DNA of 64,000 nucleotides from Schizosaccharomyces osmophilus (lineage: Eukaryota), in the NCBI RefSeq assembly GCF_027921745.1, contig NC_079239.1, forward strand, positions 434,001 through 498,000, read 5' to 3'. A model generated the notes under the pieces. That model made no database searches and had not been told where the DNA came from. It saw only the letters and a program-made list of their open reading frames with translations. Position numbers and translations under genes: made by a program. Below are positions 1-12,764 of the stretch, one piece after another (position 1 is the first letter of the stretch; each line of letters opens with the position of its first letter).

Positions 1-97
1 TTGTTTTTGGACTTTACAATTGGGTCGTGGTGACATAGTAAATAGAATTTAAGGCTAAATATAATATGTTATAGTATTGAAATTCTACAATTTGTAT

Positions 98-119
98 ATT
101 CATTCATTCATTCATTCAT
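98..119. repeat. (ATTC)5 microsatellite overlapping the pnk1 stop codon
   Basis: attcattcattcattcattcat read directly. Confidence 0.9.
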
Positions 120-1453
120 ACCACTGATTCCATTTATCTTCTAATTCCGGAAGACACACAAATGGAACAAGTTCCACGTTTTGAAAACCTTCCTCAGTGC
201 TTGGCTTCTGAAATCTTGAGCGATATGATACGTACGCCACTTCTGGTAGGCCTTTAATCTGTAAGATGTGTTAGTTACTTTCAAAATATGACCGGCAAGC
301 CTGATGAATCACGAGTACCTCTTGCTGAATATATCTGAAGGTGTTATTGTGTTTAGCCAATAGTTCGGGTACTTCTACGTAAACACAACGTGCAGGAACA
401 TTAAATTTTTTAGCTAGTCCAACCCAAACTTCTCTAGCTTCAATGGTAGGATTTGTATTGTCTGAATTCAAGTCAGTCAATAGCATACAACGGTAAACAT
501 ACCAACAACAACGGATTTCTTGTTTTCTAATGCTTTCGCTGCTGCTTTGAGACAACGCGCTCTAGTTTTTAGGGTATCTTGGTTAATTCGTTCGTATCCA
601 AATGGTACGATCTGATCTTGACAAAGAGTACTTTTACCGGAAGCTGGATAGCCAACAAGGACTACAATTTCTTGGTGTTCTGCTGGTACAAATTTATAAG
701 GTTGGGAGCTTCTATGTTTTTGAAGAAACCTTTCTGGATGAAATGAAGAAAAATCTGGGCGATCAAAGTGCTCTCCAGTGAAATAATGCTCAGGTGTATC
801 GAATTTTATACCAATGTTCTCGGCAAATTTTAGATCAGTAGAGTTATGATTACGGGGACGTCCTGCGGCATCGCCGACAAAAAAGGCAAGGGATTTTTCT
901 GAAAAAAAGTGTTAACTTTCATCCTTTCGTTATGAACCTAATGCTTACCTATTGGGTGATCCCATCTTTCTACAAAGTGATCCCACATTCCTTGTAAAGG
1001 CTTGCGATACTTGTCTCTCAACAAGGCAGCATACATAATGACTGGGAGATCCAGTGATTCTAGAATAGCTTGAACTTTTATTTGAAACTGGTGACCTGTT
1101 GATGCGCGTCTGGGAATTCCATTCTGATTACTGAAAATGACAATAGAGTAACCTTCAGAATCCAGCTTTTTTAAAGTTGGAACGACATTAGGATGCCACC
1201 AAAGCCAATCTCCTCCGTCTTTAGCAAAAACTCGACCTGACTTTGTTTTTATTAAGGTCCCATCCAAATCAAAGGTTGCGACTTTCGAAGATTTCTTGGG
1301 CGTTCCATATGTCGCTATGTACAAGGATTCTGAAATCTCCCAGGTCAATTTACTATCTGTCGAAGACAAATCTTCACCTCTATGTTTTTTATTCTCAGAG
1401 GAATTGAGATAAGAGTTGATGGACGGTTGAGGTGCTACCTTTCGTTTTCCCAT
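112..1453 (-). CDS. pnk1: Polynucleotide kinase/3'-phosphatase; 4 exons (1453-949, 898-503, 461-319, 258-112)
   Basis: HAD phosphatase motif FDLDGTLI and FVGDAAGR; kinase P-loop GYPASGKST; DNTNP motif. GT..AG introns 899-948, 462-502 and 259-318 join an open frame ending NQWYE*. Confidence 0.95.
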
Positions 1454-2919
1454 TTTTTACGTCTTGAGTATGGCAAAAGAGAATGTAGTTGGAAATGACA
1501 ATATCTCGATCACAATTAAAAACGATTCCTAGTTTCGAACCTGCTCTTGGGTCTTCTTAATCTTACGTGTTTAATGAATATACTGTCATTCGTTAAACCA
1601 AAGTATATCAACTACTTCTTTCCAAACTTATAGAAAAAGAAGTATTAAAAGGATATGAAAACAAAAAAAAATCGATGAATAGTAGCTTGGGTGAACTACT
1701 TACGTATATGAAAGGCAAGAAACTCAAAACATTTTACTAAAGTGAAAATAACTTTCTTATACAATATAAGGAGCTGTCACTTTATAAGTGACGAGATTTG
1801 AGTATGTTCAATTCTGCTTTGGTTCTTAGTATGATCATGGGTACTTTTAGGCATTTCTGTCGATAAAATACCAATTAAAATAGATTTACAGATTTTGTAA
1901 GGTATAAGCAGGACGAAGTAGATGATCAGATTAGAGAAACAGCTCTTCTTCATTGGACTACAATAGACTAGGCCGGCCTCAATTGCTATTATTCATTATT
2001 CCTGTAACAAGTAAATCGTTTTTCTTTGAAACTGTTTTAACTATAACCGTCACTTGGGGTTGTTTTGGAAAAAGGTATTTGAGTTATGAACCGTTTGTAC
2101 CATGCAGCATTATCTTATATAATCAACAAAGAGTTCATAGAATTATAGGAATGTATTAAGATTTATACTGTGGTAAACGAGCTGCTTGATTTATTCGAAC
2201 GGTTTGCCATCCTTTCATGGAAATCTCTCAAGTTACCTAATGGAAATGGCTAAACACTATCGAGAGCATATAAACACGGCTAGTGAATTCCCTCATAAAA
2301 ATAAAAGGATAGGGATTATATGAATATAATAAACAATAAGTTTATATCTAGTATGCTTATTAACTATATGCCTCCTCTTCGTTCAGTTCACAAAACGCTG
2401 TTTGCTACTTTTGAAAGACCCGTATAGTCTCACCTATGATTTTTATTCGAGTATGAGCTCTTAAATATAGATTTTTTCACATTTTTCACTTTCTAATTTT
2501 ACATTTTATTGTTATTTTTTGTTCCTGTAAATAAACACTACATGTATGCTGATAAAATAAATGCAGATATAGTTATATCAAATTACGTAGAAAAAATTTT
2601 TTGCTGTGAAAACCAGTGCAGTAAACAGAGAATCAAGTTGGGAAAAAAGGTAAATTAGCAACCATTCATGCATGAAATTATTTGTGCGCTTTTTTCCTTT
2701 GACCGAACGTTTTATTGAAGGTAATAGTTCTACGAAATACCATTGACACAAGTAGTACAAAACACGGTAATCCGAACAAATAAAATACATAATACGTTAG
2801 GATAGTTTATTCTTGATTTGTCTTGTATATAAAAGTTTAGTGGTCTGCGAGGTCCGACCATCTTCAAAGCCAATTTACCATGCACCGGAGGGTTGACTTC
2901 CACCATTCCCTTAGGCAAA

Positions 2920-3789
2920 ATGAGTGAATTCAGTACTCGTCAAGTAGGTGCTTTGAACACCTTGGATTATCAACTTTACATTGAAAAGGACGGCTCTCCC
3001 GTTTCTTCTTGGCACGATGTCCCTTTGTATGCCAATGCTGAGAAGACCATTTTAAACATGATTGTTGAGATTCCTCGTTGGAGCCAAGCTAAGCTTGAAA
3101 TCACTAAGGAAGCTACTCTCAACCCTATTAAGCAAGACACCAAGAAGGGTAAGCTTCGTTACGTCCGTAACTGCTTCCCTCACCACGGTTACATCTGGAA
3201 CTACGGTGCTTTCCCTCAAACTTACGAGGACCCTAACGTTGTTCACCCTGAAACAAAGGCCAAGGGTGATAGCGATCCTTTGGATGTTTGCGAAATTGGT
3301 GAAGTCCGTGGTTACTCTGGTCAAGTTAAGCAAGTCAAGGTTTTGGGTGTTATGGCCCTTCTCGACGAAGGTGAAACTGACTGGAAGGTTATTGTCATTG
3401 ATGTCAAGGATCCTTTGGCCCCCAAGTTGAACGACATCGAAGATGTTGAGCGTCACATGCCCGGTTTGATCCGTGCTACCAACGAATGGTTCCGTATTTA
3501 CAAGATCCCTGACGGTAAGCCTGAAAACTCCTTTGCCTTCAGCGGTGAATGCAAGAACAGCAAGTATGCTGAGGAAGTTGTCCGTGAATGTAATGAAGCT
3601 TGGGAGCGTTTGGTTAACGGTAAGACTGATGCCAAGTCCGAATTTGCTTTGGCCAACGCTACTGTCTCTGGCTCTGTTTCTCATGATGCCTCCGTTGCCC
3701 AATCCATCCCTGCTGCTAATGAACTTCCTCCTGCTGATGTCGACCCCTCTGTTCACAAGTGGTTCTACATCTCTGGCTCTCCTCTTTAA
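2920..3789 (+). CDS. ipp1: Soluble inorganic pyrophosphatase (family I), intronless
   Basis: [22 protein letters not shown] and [11 protein letters not shown] motifs; strong codon bias; AUG at 2920 in aaaATG context. Confidence 0.97.
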   Translation: MSEFSTRQVGALNTLDYQLYIEKDGSPVSSWHDVPLYANAEKTILNMIVEIPRWSQAKLEITKEATLNPIKQDTKKGKLRYVRNCFPHHGYIWNYGAFPQTYEDPNVVHPETKAKGDSDPLDVCEIGEVRGYSGQVKQVKVLGVMALLDEGETDWKVIVIDVKDPLAPKLNDIEDVERHMPGLIRATNEWFRIYKIPDGKPENSFAFSGECKNSKYAEEVVRECNEAWERLVNGKTDAKSEFALANATVSGSVSHDASVAQSIPAANELPPADVDPSVHKWFYISGSPL

Positions 3790-4237
3790 GCGCATAGAAA
3801 CAATAGTAGACTGTACGTTATAGATACATATATTCGTTAAGAAATAAATATATTTTTCTCAAATGTTTCAGTTTTGCTTATTCGTAACTACAATGCTCCA
3901 TGTTTAAATTTCTATTATGGGTATGCATTTACGTAGTACAACCAGTTCAAATTAGCATTTCGTTTTCAAGTCGCTCCAAATGTCTTCAAGGATTGCTAAT
4001 CAATTAGGCCCATTCTTTTTATTTATGAAATTAATTTTCCTGCTACATCACAAAGTAATGTTTACGAATACTCATTACTTATCCGACATTCTTCAACTTC
4101 AGCAAAGCTACCAAAAATTCATAGCATATGTTAAATTATACTCATTATTGTCATCAAGCTACATAGCAAATGCATATAGACAGAAATAGAAATCAATACT
4201 GCATGACTTGCGAGCTTTATTACCTTCCATTGTAGGG

Positions 4238-5845
4238 TTATCTCCCACTATAAAGTTCAGCTAGGCGTTTAAGTATAACCTTAGCACCTTCTGCAGTCTT
4301 CCAAACTTCATGTGGAGCATCATTAACAATCTCCCAGATTGTATTGTCAGTGAGCTTACTTAATTCCCTCTGCTCTTCTGACCATCTCTTCACATTTTTC
4401 AAGCTATTTCCGGAAGTGATAATGCTAACTGGTAATTTCTTAGGTAGAACAGCTTGTGCGGAACGTAATTCTGATTTCGAAAATGTGGGTCCTGTGATTG
4501 ACTCTTCCAGCTTAGCTTTTACCCATCGATCGGACGTCCATGAATAAGATCCATAAACACGATCTTTTCTATTTCGTCCTAAGAAAACGGTTCCAAACAA
4601 ACGATTTATACCTAAAGGTGAAAGCCATCCTCGAACAAATAAGAGAAAACGATTACTGAAGCCACCAGATCGCTGCAAGGATTGGACTGATCCAGAATCA
4701 ATCAGTAACATGCCTTTCACTTCTCCGATGTGACGAGCAGCAAAAATGTTAGAATAGGAACCTCCAATACCATGTCCAACTAATACATAAGGGCCATGCA
4801 CATCCGCTTGCGCAAGAGCCTCGCTAAGCAGATCCTCAACCATGCCGATGGAAGAGGGAGATCCAATATTATCAGACCAGCCCATACCTGGACGATCCCA
4901 AACGCAAACGCGAGTATCAGGAGGAATAAAACTAAGATCAACTTGATCATTGACAAGGCTTGGGTTCCAATTATTTTTGCGTGGCTTGTCCGCAGTATGA
5001 TGAAGGTTCAGGATCCATTCCTTAAAAGGGTGAACAGACACTTCACCTCCTTCAATCAAGACAGTAGAGCGGTTTGGAGAAGTAGTACTTCCAAAACACT
5101 CCAAGTGAATTTTAGCTTTACTATCTGTTACAGTGTAAAGTTTGCCAGGTGCGGTCAGATTACCGTCGTAAGCACGGAGAGCTAAGGTCAACACAGTATG
5201 GATAGTTAGAATAGTAAGGATAATGGAAAAAATCATAGAAATGGTGAGGTTGCCGAATCTTCGCCATGGCCATGTAGTAGGGGACCAAGTCGAATGCTCA
5301 TAGGAACCCGTAGTATATTCAGGATGTTCTTCCTTGTACTGACGAAGAAGAATCTCATCACTGAAGACAATCCAGAGACTCATTAGGAAAGCCCAGAGCA
5401 CGAAAAATATGCCTCTCCAACCTTCCCTGTGACGAAGAATCGGGCTAAAAACGACAATGAGTACATCAACAACCAAGAGAAGGGCGTTGATACGCTGAGT
5501 GATTCGTTCAGGAGCGTTGGGAGAATACACAAAGGTAAGTTGCATTGCCAGTAAAAGTGCTGACAAGGCGGTGAATCCAATAGGTGTAAAGCCTGTCGAC
5601 AGGTGACTTAAAATAGGGATGGAAATAAAAAGATTTATGAGCAGTAGCAAATGAACAAATAGTGTGAAAATCAACAGACTTAACGAAGTACTTCTAATCC
5701 AATAAAAGAGTGGAGTTAGAGCATAAGAATTGGAGTATTGTGGGATGGCTCCTTGATGAGAGCCCAAAAATCTGGGAAGTAAGGCCGACCGTTCATTCAT
5801 ATCCTCAGCCGACCTGGGTGCAGGATTATTGGGAGTTGCATCCAT
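4238..5845 (-). CDS. Multi-pass membrane protein with C-terminal alpha/beta-hydrolase fold (SPAC23C11.06c-like)
   Basis: About 5 hydrophobic segments, then VCVWDRPGMGWSD, YVLVGHGIGG, LLIDS and APHEVW; position between ipp1 and php3. Confidence 0.85.
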   Translation of the reverse strand: MDATPNNPAPRSAEDMNERSALLPRFLGSHQGAIPQYSNSYALTPLFYWIRSTSLSLLIFTLFVHLLLLINLFISIPILSHLSTGFTPIGFTALSALLLAMQLTFVYSPNAPERITQRINALLLVVDVLIVVFSPILRHREGWRGIFFVLWAFLMSLWIVFSDEILLRQYKEEHPEYTTGSYEHSTWSPTTWPWRRFGNLTISMIFSIILTILTIHTVLTLALRAYDGNLTAPGKLYTVTDSKAKIHLECFGSTTSPNRSTVLIEGGEVSVHPFKEWILNLHHTADKPRKNNWNPSLVNDQVDLSFIPPDTRVCVWDRPGMGWSDNIGSPSSIGMVEDLLSEALAQADVHGPYVLVGHGIGGSYSNIFAARHIGEVKGMLLIDSGSVQSLQRSGGFSNRFLLFVRGWLSPLGINRLFGTVFLGRNRKDRVYGSYSWTSDRWVKAKLEESITGPTFSKSELRSAQAVLPKKLPVSIITSGNSLKNVKRWSEEQRELSKLTDNTIWEIVNDAPHEVWKTAEGAKVILKRLAELYSGR

Positions 5846-7203
5846 GTTTTTTAAGAAGTATCCTTTAATAGTCTTGGTTTAGGTAAAACAAACCTCTACA
5901 ATAGAATTCTTGTTTACCTTTTGGTTCGCTTTTATCAATGATGATGCTTCTTGGTATTTAAAAGAGAAATGAATGCGATTTCAACAAGTAATTATAATCC
6001 AAAAAAGTTCCAGCCTAAGAAATGTAATTGGTACTTTGCGGTACAAATATATACCATGTTTCTACGTAAACAACGTAGAATATGAACTGCGTCGGATCAA
6101 CGTAATGGAGGATATGAGCTGGATTTTGGCCATCGACCGACTTTGCGAGGCAAATGAAGTATGTTCTAATGAATCACAAGATAGGATGTAACTCTACATT
6201 AATCGCTTGCGAAAATAGACTAACTCGTGACGTTGGATTATTGAATCAAATGAATCTCTAATGCAGCAGCTTCGTATGCCAAGGGAATCCTTTCTGTAGC
6301 CAGGTAAACAGACTCCTAGTTGAAGAACCAATTTCCATACCCAACCATCCTGTCGAAATCTCTTCAATCCTCGTTCCTTTTGTAAAACCATCCATATTTG
6401 TTTACCATTGGCGTCATCAATAAGTAACACCCAAAGTGCCTTCTTCACACAGAAGTAATAGCCCAGCATAAAAAAACCCGCCGCCACATGACTCAACAAG
6501 TGGGGGAAGAAGTTGTGTTTCTGCCTTGAAAGAATAGAGTAAAATAAGAGACTAATGAAAACGTTCGCGATAGCTTATCCTTTACGGTGAAAGAACCGAA
6601 ATGACAATTTAGAAACATTACCGACACGGAAAAAGAGTCTCAAACGAACACGTTTGCTTGTGAATAGAAAATTTCCATTCTGACACTCAAATGAGCGACC
6701 TTTTGTTCGTTTGTTATGCGCCAAATTTGTAAGAGCAGCTTTTGGTTTATTTTTTCTTCATGTTTCCTACATGAAGCATCAAACGATGCAATGTTTTGTA
6801 GTTGTATGGTGCGTATACCTCCGCTTGCTATTTCCCATGTTTACAATAATGTGCACTGTAGTACGACTGTAATTACTATAATGAACGAAAACGAGCTTGA
6901 TGACCACCTAATGTAAAGTGTGCAGTCCACTACGGTAAATATTTAAAAAGACACGGAATAGTTCACTATCAGCATCAAACACTACGCGTTTTCATCCCAG
7001 AAGCGACAATCAAAAGTTCAAATTTTCAATTATTTTCCATCTGGTATTTGCAATTGTTTATTGTATAATATATTTTTTGAATCACTTCCTTATTGAATTC
7101 TTGAAAGTTCCTACTACGCAGCTTGTAATTTCCAATTTGACGACGTTGACTTAACCGTCCTAGTTTCCAACAGATTCGCTTGAAAAGCTTGGCTTGCCCA
7201 AAA

Positions 7204-7870
7204 ATGAGTATGGATGGATTTGATTATACGAATTTGTTACCAATTGCGAATGTTGCGCGTATAATGAAGAGCGCGCTTCCTGAAAACGCTAAAATATCAA
7301 AAGTATGAATTGCTTGCCAGATGCGGTTCCGAGCTCCAACGCCACCATGAGAGAGTAAAGAAGCATGTTTCGTTTTTAGTACTATTTCATGGGGAGATTT
7401 TTATTTGAAACTCGAAATCAAGGTGTTGTTGCCGATTGGACCCCTCCGTCCCTTCGCTTTGCTTTGATTTTGGACCAAAATTAACAAATTATAGGAAGCC
7501 AAGGATTGCGTTCAGGATTGTGTTAGTGAGTTTATCTCATTTATTACTAGTGAAGGTAAGTGGTGCCTCATTTCTTTCTTACCCTAACTCTTTTGTAGCT
7601 TCCGAACAGTGCACACAGGAAAAGCGCAAGACAATTACTGGAGAAGACGTCTTGCTTGCTATGAATACACTCGGATTTGAGAATTATGCTGAAGTATTGA
7701 AGATTTCTCTGGCAAAATACCGTGAAGTATGAATTCCTTATTTTGAACTTGTACAATCAAGTTATTACTTTTTTTACTATTTTTTATTTCCTATTAACCC
7801 TATATAGCAACAAGCCAGATCGGCCAGCATGAAAGAATCCAAACAAACTCGCTCAGAAGAAGATCAATAA
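7204..7870 (+). CDS. php3: CCAAT-binding complex subunit (NF-YB/Hap3); 4 exons (7204-7302, 7495-7555, 7599-7726, 7808-7870)
   Basis: Spliced product [53 protein letters not shown] (NF-YB histone fold). Confidence 0.95.
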
Positions 7871-8483
7871 ATGTGGCGGAGACTTCGGCGCCTTACTCGA
7901 GTTTATGCGCATGGAAATTAAAGGGAATTTCCCTATGTTTCTAATTTTTTAATTCTTGTCATTTATTCTGATCAACGCTCCTCTATCTTTGTTATTTATG
8001 CCGCAAAACTTTTCTTTTTCTGACTGTACCTTTACACTTCCTTGAAAGCGTTGGGAGTTTCTTTTTTGAAATACGGTGCGAGGAAAGGCTCAGAGGTATA
8101 CACGTAATTGTAAATACTTAGTTGACTAGCATTCCGTCTGATCTTCCTGTATATTAGCAACAACCAGTTTGTTTCCAGCATTCATTGTTTTTCTGGTTAT
8201 TGCCATCTCTGGGTACGAAATTAAAAATTTTTATAGGATTTTTGTAATTGATAATGCCTTCTACTCTTTTTAATATATTAGTTTACACAAGATTCCGATT
8301 TCCGACCATACTCATTCCTAGGCTATTTGGAACGCTTGAAGCTGCCACCCACAAAAAGGTATACTCCAAGCGTTTATATGGAGTATTCATTCAACTTAGA
8401 AATTCACCATTTCCGTAAATATTTCTACCATAACATAAGGATTCCGCTTTCATTTGTTAGAATCCACCTTCCTTCCACCACGG

Positions 8484-11400
8484 ATGTTTGAGCATGCAAA
8501 CCGCTTTGCAATATTTCATATAAAAGGATTTAAAAGATTCCATATACAACCTCTATATAAACGAAAACATAACAGTTTCAGTTTCGATCGTTCCGTATCT
8601 CAACTTCATAAAAAATTTCGAACCATTCCAACCTACCGTTTACCACTACATCAACGTACCCTTATGACCATCCCAACTGAGTCATTAGAGTGGCCTGCTA
8701 ATAAGGTCAGGACCACTTTCTTAAAGTTTTTTGAAGAGCGTGGACATACCATTGTTCCTAGCTCTTCTGTAATTCCTTATGATGATCCTTCACTTCTTTT
8801 TGCCAATGCTGGTATGAACCAGTTCAAACCTATTTTTTTGGGAACTGTAGACCCATCTCACAAATATTCGAAGCTTAGCCGCGCTGTTGACTCTCAAAAA
8901 TGTATTCGTGCTGGTGGTAAGCATAATGATCTTGAAGATGTCGGTAGAGACAATTATCATCACACCATGTTTGAAATGTTGGGCAATTGGTCATTTGGTG
9001 ATTACTTCAAAAAAGAGGCTATTCAGATGGCCTGGGTATTGCTTACCGAGGTATATGGTCTTGAAAAGGACCAGCTTTATGTCACTTACTTTGGTGGCCA
9101 TGAAGAATCTGGCTTAGGACCTGATTTGGAAGCTCGTCAACTTTGGCTTGACATTGGTTTCCATGAGTCTCGTGTACTTCCTGGAGACCTCAAAGATAAT
9201 TTCTGGGAAATGGGTGATCAAGGCCCTTGCGGTCCTTGCTCAGAAATTCACTATGATCGTATTGGTAACCGCTCCGTTCCTGAACTCGTCAACATGGATG
9301 ATCCCAATGTTCTCGAAATTTGGAACATTGTCTTTATTCAATACAACCGTGAAAAAGACGGCACTCTTCGCCCCCTCCCTAACCGTCACGTTGATACTGG
9401 TATGGGTTTCGAGCGTCTAGTATCTGTCATTCAAAACAAGACGTCTAACTACGATACCGACGTGTTTACTCCTCTCTTCGAAAAGATTCAAGAGCTTACC
9501 GGTGCTCGTCCTTATACTGGAAAAATGGGCGATGAGGACGCGGATGGTATCGATACTGCTTATCGTGTTGTTGCTGACCACGTTCGTACCTTGACTTTTG
9601 CTATAAGCGATGGCGGTGTCCCTAATAACGAAGGACGTGGTTACGTCTTGCGTCGTATCTTGAGACGTGGTGCTCGCTATGTCCGTAAGAAGTTTGGTGT
9701 ACCTATTGGAAGCTTTTTCTCCCAACTCTCTCTTACGGTCGTCGAACAGATGGGAGAATTCTTCCCAGAGCTTCACAGAAAGGTTGCAGATGTACGTGAA
9801 TTATTGGACGAAGAAGAAGTTTCCTTTTCCAAAACTTTAGATCGAGGTGAAAAAATGTTTGAGCAATATGCAGCTATCGCCAAAAAGTCTTCTAGCAACG
9901 TTTTGCAAGGAAATGATGTCTGGCGGCTTTATGAAACCTATGGCTTTCCCGTCGATCTTACTCATTTGATGGCTGAGGAAGCCGGTATTAAGATTGACGA
10001 ACCTGGTTTTGAAGCTGCTCAAGCACATTCGAAGGAAATGAGTAAGCGTGCTACTAAGAGTGGCTCCTCTGGCGGTGAATTGCTAGTTTTGGACGTTCAT
10101 GCCTTGGGCGATCTAGCAAAAATGGATGCAGTCCCCAAGACTAATGATAGCTACAAACACGATGATGCTACTTTAGATTCTACCGTGAAAGCTATTTATC
10201 ATAGAGATGGCTTCCAAACTGCCACTAACGGTTTCGAATCTGGTGAGCAAATTGGAATCTTGCTTGATCGTACAAACTTTTACGCTGAACAAGGTGGTCA
10301 AGAGAACGACACCGGCCATATCGTTATTGATGGCAATGCCGATTTCCGTGTAACCAATGTTCAGGTTTATGCTGGCTACGTTTTGCATACTGGTTTCTTA
10401 GAATACGGCAATCTTAACGTCGGTGATAAGGTCACCTGTGAGTATGATGAAATTCGTCGTTGGCACTTGATGAACAATCATACCGTTACCCATGTTTTGA
10501 ACCTTGCCCTCCGTAATGTTCTTGGAGAAGGTATCGACCAACGTGGTTCTTTGGTTTCTCAAGAAAAGATGAGATTTGACTTTTCTTACAAGTCGTCAGT
10601 TCCTATTGATAAACTTTTGGAAGTTGAAAATTTCTGCAACGATCAAATTAAAAAGAACTTGCCAGTCTATTCGAAGGATGTCCCCTTAAAGGACACAAAG
10701 GAAATTAATGGTTTGCGTGCCGTTTTTGGCGAAGTCTACCCCGACCCAGTTAGACTTGTTTGTATCGGTGTTGACATCGATACTTTAATAAAAAACCCCA
10801 AGAACCCCGAGTGGCATAATTATAGTATTGAATTTTGTGGTGGTACTCATGTTGATAAAACCGGTGAAATGAAAGATTTCGTTATCCTCGAAGAAAGCGG
10901 TATTGCTAAAGGTATCCGTCGGATCGTATCAGTTACATCCACAGAAGCTAATCGTGTTTCGCGCGTCGCTAATGACTTTGACGCCCGCATAAATGAATTA
11001 GAAAAGATGCCTTTCGGTGCTGCTAAGGAAACCGAATTGAAGAAGATAGGCGTAGACCTTTCCAAGCTTACCGTATCTGCTGTTCGCAAGCATAATATGA
11101 GAGAGCACGTTGCCAAAATTACCAAGCAATTCCAAGATCAGGTGAAGGCTGCTAACGCTGCTGAGCAAAAGGAGGCTGTCAACGTGATAGCTGAATATTT
11201 TAAGGAGAACCCGGAAGCTCACTTTGTTGTCGCTAAGGTCCCTATCTCAGCCAATGCCAAGGCTTTGAGTTTCGCTCTCGCTCATACAAAGAAAAACCTC
11301 AAAGATAAGAGTGTTTACCTTGTGGCTTCTGATAATGTAAAGGTTGCTCATGCTTGCCTTGTTTCCAATGAGGCTTTGCAAAAGATCACTCCTCAAGAAT

Positions 11401-11543
11401 GGTCTCAAAAGGTTTGCTTACAAATTGGAGGACGTAGTGGTGGTAAAGGTGATACTTGTCAAGGTGTTGGTGACAAGGCTGAGAATGTTGATACCGCCAT
11501 CGAAGAAGCTATTGAATTCTTCCAAGGTAAATTGACTTTGTAG
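8484..11543 (+). CDS. ala1: Alanyl-tRNA synthetase; probable cytosolic start 8664, upstream AUG 8484 adds a putative mitochondrial presequence
   Basis: [30 protein letters not shown] and DTGMGFERL motifs; editing motifs NHTVTH and EFCGGTH. Confidence 0.97.
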   Translation: MFEHANRFAIFHIKGFKRFHIQPLYKRKHNSFSFDRSVSQLHKKFRTIPTYRLPLHQRTLMTIPTESLEWPANKVRTTFLKFFEERGHTIVPSSSVIPYDDPSLLFANAGMNQFKPIFLGTVDPSHKYSKLSRAVDSQKCIRAGGKHNDLEDVGRDNYHHTMFEMLGNWSFGDYFKKEAIQMAWVLLTEVYGLEKDQLYVTYFGGHEESGLGPDLEARQLWLDIGFHESRVLPGDLKDNFWEMGDQGPCGPCSEIHYDRIGNRSVPELVNMDDPNVLEIWNIVFIQYNREKDGTLRPLPNRHVDTGMGFERLVSVIQNKTSNYDTDVFTPLFEKIQELTGARPYTGKMGDEDADGIDTAYRVVADHVRTLTFAISDGGVPNNEGRGYVLRRILRRGARYVRKKFGVPIGSFFSQLSLTVVEQMGEFFPELHRKVADVRELLDEEEVSFSKTLDRGEKMFEQYAAIAKKSSSNVLQGNDVWRLYETYGFPVDLTHLMAEEAGIKIDEPGFEAAQAHSKEMSKRATKSGSSGGELLVLDVHALGDLAKMDAVPKTNDSYKHDDATLDSTVKAIYHRDGFQTATNGFESGEQIGILLDRTNFYAEQGGQENDTGHIVIDGNADFRVTNVQVYAGYVLHTGFLEYGNLNVGDKVTCEYDEIRRWHLMNNHTVTHVLNLALRNVLGEGIDQRGSLVSQEKMRFDFSYKSSVPIDKLLEVENFCNDQIKKNLPVYSKDVPLKDTKEINGLRAVFGEVYPDPVRLVCIGVDIDTLIKNPKNPEWHNYSIEFCGGTHVDKTGEMKDFVILEESGIAKGIRRIVSVTSTEANRVSRVANDFDARINELEKMPFGAAKETELKKIGVDLSKLTVSAVRKHNMREHVAKITKQFQDQVKAANAAEQKEAVNVIAEYFKENPEAHFVVAKVPISANAKALSFALAHTKKNLKDKSVYLVASDNVKVAHACLVSNEALQKITPQEWSQKVCLQIGGRSGGKGDTCQGVGDKAENVDTAIEEAIEFFQGKLTL

Positions 11544-11780
11544 GTTTTATAATAGTATGAATATGTACATTAGTTGTGTGTGCTAATAGAGTTTTTTGTC
11601 TTGAATGTAAACTTTTCATTTTAGTAAGGTTACGAATAAATGGTTTATTAGAGAGCAGTATGAGCGTTTGTTTCTAAATTTAACGAATAATACTATACTG
11701 AAATACGAATGCCGTTAGTCTGGAGAACCCTTAATCTATCTGAGTAACTCAAGATTTTTTATGAAGTAATTATTTCAAAT

Positions 11781-12764
11781 ATGTCTTTGGTACCGTATGA
11801 CAGCTCAGATACAGAAAGCAGTGAGGAATCAGATGCCAACGTGAAAGACGTTCCTAAACTCCCAGAATTTTTTCATGATCTTTATAGAAGTATGGAAATG
11901 AATTGAGGTTTATTACTAAACAAACGTTTTTAGAAAGACGGAAAACGTTCGATAGTCCCATCTTTCACGAAGGAAGAAAACGGACGAAGGCTCATGTGGA
12001 AGGTCTATGGGCAGTTCAGATTTACCTGGATGGTATAAATATTTACATGTTTCGACGCAAAGTACTTGCTAACCAATAAGTGGATTTCCATGGTCCCCAT
12101 AAACAAAAGATTGAGGATATCATAGCCTCGCAGTCAGAGTTTAGAAGTCTATTTATTTCAGAGTATGGTGTCGGGAGAAATTTGCACCTGAGTTTGTCAG
12201 AATTTTTTAGAATTGCATCTGACGAAAGGAAAGCTGCTTTTACGACTTGGAAACAAGAATGCCAACGCCTACAGCAAAGGTGAGAAATACAATTGAAGTG
12301 AATTTACTTACTGTTTGAAAGAATAATCAAATACACGCTTCAAGACGTATGCCTTTTGTTTAATGATGAGAAAACTCGAATGTTTATCGTACTGAAAGCA
12401 ACTTTCGAAAATGTAAATCTCTTGAGAAAACTGTTAGAAATTTCAGATAAGTTTATGAAAAAATTCGAGGGAAAAGAGTTACGAAAGGTACGTTATATTT
12501 CACCAAAAATGTATCTGCTTACAGCAACAAGTCTAACCTAAATATTTGTAGGACTTTCTTCCCCATGTCTCAATTGCTTGGGCACATGCTAAGCAAGGCG
12601 ATTTTGAAGCTTGGGCCAGTTGCGACAGGGAAAATCTACGATTTATAAAACTAGAAACACTACTGAAGCAGATTCAATCGGCAATGCTAAAGTCGTATAC
12701 ATCCGAAAATAACAGTATAAAAATGCTGATGGGAAATACGGTTCACTCTGTCAATATGCAATGA
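11781..12764 (+). CDS. mpn1: U6 snRNA 3' exonuclease Mpn1/Usb1 (2H phosphodiesterase); 5 exons, introns 11890-11933, 12033-12080, 12280-12321, 12488-12551
   Basis: Spliced frame gives MSLVPYDSSD, HEGRKR..HVEGLW, the two HxS motifs LHLSLS and PHVSIAW, and FNDEKTRMF. Confidence 0.9.

Noticed and set aside
3052..3795. 247-aa antisense ORF over ipp1
   Set aside because: Mirror-frame artefact of strong codon bias in a highly expressed gene; no protein features.
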